In this document: positions 61,113 to 64,000 of the stretch, piece after piece
How positions within the stretch are numbered: the stretch's first letter is position 1
Layout of the letters: each line of letters opens with the position of its first letter
Notes under the pieces: model-generated
Seen by the model: the letters and a program-made list of their open reading frames with translations, nothing else
What the model was told of the DNA's origin: nothing
The model's database searches: none
Position numbers and translations under genes: made by a program
From: Hyphomicrobiales bacterium
Lineage (GTDB): Bacteria; Pseudomonadota; Alphaproteobacteria; Rhizobiales; JAKPQE01
Assembly: GCA_041397845.1 (NCBI GenBank)
Contig: JAWKVW010000006.1
Span: 6,061-70,060 of the forward strand
Direction: 5' to 3'
DNA: 64,000 nucleotides

Positions 61113-61235
61113 GGAGGCTGCTTCCGGGCGAGCGGCACGGTCGCGGCACGATGCCGATGTGTCTGCCGCTCAACGATTAGCCGGTTTGCAGATGCACCTC
61201 AATCGGCAGGCACGCGGAGTCTGGAGGGCCTGGAC

Positions 61236-61298
61236 CCCTCACCTCTCGCCCTTGGGGCCAGCCCTCACCCTAACCCTCTCCCCAACGGGGAGAGGGAC
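61236..61298. repeat. REP-like GC-rich element with hairpin CCCTCTCCCC-aacg-GGGGAGAGGG
   Basis: ccctcacctctcgcccttggggccagccctcaccctaaccctctccccaacggggagagggac; intergenic between LprI and gpmI. Confidence 0.65.
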
Positions 61299-61377
61299 GC
61301 AAGGTGCTCGCTCGTGAAGCCCTCGCGAGCTGCGGGCGCGGCGCGACCGACCGGCGCCCGCGAGCTCATCCCGTCGC

Positions 61378-63024
<1,647 letters not shown>

Positions 63025-63060
63025 AGCGGTTCATCTCTGCCGATCACGTGAATTCCGGGA

Positions 63061-63078
63061 ACAAAAGGCCGGCGGCCT
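63061..63078 (-). terminator. Small terminator-like hairpin between dapB and gpmI
   Basis: Minus strand AGGCC gcc GGCCT followed by TTTTGTT. Confidence 0.4.
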
Positions 63079-63099
63079 GACGCGCGGGCCGGCGCGATA

Positions 63100-63926
63100 T
63101 GGCGGCCGGTCGAACACCTCGCCGGGCCGGGCACGTCCGCCATCGAATAAACGCCGGGCTTGCGGCCCCGGCCCCAGAGCGCGGCCTTGACGGCGCCACG
63201 CGAGAAGATGGTGCGATCCCCGGCGCGGTGGGTGAAGCCGATGCGCTCGCCCTCGCCGGCCAGGATGACGGTGTGGTCGCCGATGACCGAGCCGCCGCGC
63301 AGGGTGGCAAAGCCGATGTCGCCGACCGGGCGCGGGCCGGTGTGGCCGTCGCGGGTGCGCACCGAACGCTCGCCGAGGGCGATGCCCCGGCCGCTGGCGG
63401 CGGCCTTCCCGAGCAGGAGCGCAGTGCCCGAGGGGGCGTCGACCTTGTGGCGGTGATGCATCTCGACGATCTCGATGTCGAACTCCTCGGAGAGCGCCTT
63501 GGCGGCGCGCTGGACGAGGGCGGCAAGGAGATTGACGCCAAGGCTCATATTGCCGGAGCGAACGATGACGGCATGGCGGCCGGCGGCGCGGATACGCTCG
63601 TCATCGGCGGCGGAAAGGCCGGTGGTGCCGATGACGTGGACGATACGGGCCTGGGCGGCGATCGCCGAGAAGGCGACGGTCGCGGCCGGCGAGGTGAAGT
63701 CGAGAACGCCATCCGCCCTGGCAAAGACCGGCAGCGGATCGTCGCTGACCGCGACACCGAGGGCATCGAGGCCGGCAAGACGCCCGGCATCCTCGCCAAG
63801 GGCCGGCGAGCCCTCGCGCTCGATGGCGCCGACAAGGGTCGCGCCCTCGGTCGAGGCCACCATGCGGACCAGCGCCTGACCCATCCGCCCGGCCGCGCCG
63901 ACAACCACGAGCCGCATCTCGGACAT
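63100..63926 (-). CDS. dapB: 4-hydroxy-tetrahydrodipicolinate reductase; 3' end and stop codon unresolved
   Basis: [17 protein letters not shown]...DFTSP...VIGTTG...[11 protein letters not shown]...[19 protein letters not shown]...[15 protein letters not shown]...[10 protein letters not shown]. The track ORF 62079..63932 then reads through with no stop, and no minus-frame stop exists between about 63079 and 63140. The 63100 end is therefore an estimate. Confidence 0.8.
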
Positions 63927-64000
63927 GATCATTCTCCCGATGTTCTTCTTCGCATTGCGGTATAGCAGTGCTGCCGCGCCGGCGGAAGCCAGACCTTGCG

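Overview
GC-rich (about two-thirds G+C by eye) chromosomal segment with alphaproteobacterial, Rhizobiales/Hyphomicrobiales-like gene content and synteny. I call about 60 protein genes, one tRNA-Ala(GGC), no rRNA, no CRISPR and no recognisable transposase, integrase or phage genes. Housekeeping blocks: gyrB; infC; rsmE-gshA; tRNA-Ala/TIGR02300/aroA-cmk joined directly to hisF-hisE-coaA; rpmH-rnpA-yidC-engB; argB; gpmI-dapB. Accessory modules worth a second look: (1) a six-gene minus-strand operon: cytochrome b fused to a diheme cytochrome c domain, a DUF1924/SHP-type monoheme cytochrome c, a free diheme cytochrome c (DHC), a PepSY protein and an OmpR-type two-component system. (2) tupBCA tungstate-type ABC transporter. 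(3) a 1169-aa SLC5-domain hybrid histidine kinase next to a 713-aa DnaQ-exonuclease/CBS/DUF294-nucleotidyltransferase fusion. (4) a FixJ-like regulator, a perfect FixK/FNR box, a FixK-like regulator and a convergent membrane kinase, with no FixL. (5) a translationally coupled TVP38/DedA plus FAD disulfide oxidoreductase pair. The most striking sequence-level property is a patchy load of single-base indels. At least 40 frame changes are concentrated at 1-5 kb, 7.4-7.9 kb, about 10.1 kb and 53.4-63.1 kb, hitting gyrB, gpmI and other genes. The roughly 43 kb between 10.2 and 53.4 kb reads cleanly. Because gyrB is essential, I interpret most of this as sequence or assembly error rather than biology, but it needs checking against reads. 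Many very long ORFs in the supplied track (for example the 2183-aa ORF 40227..46778) are high-GC antisense shadow ORFs. All functional calls rest on motif and family recognition by eye; no searches were run.
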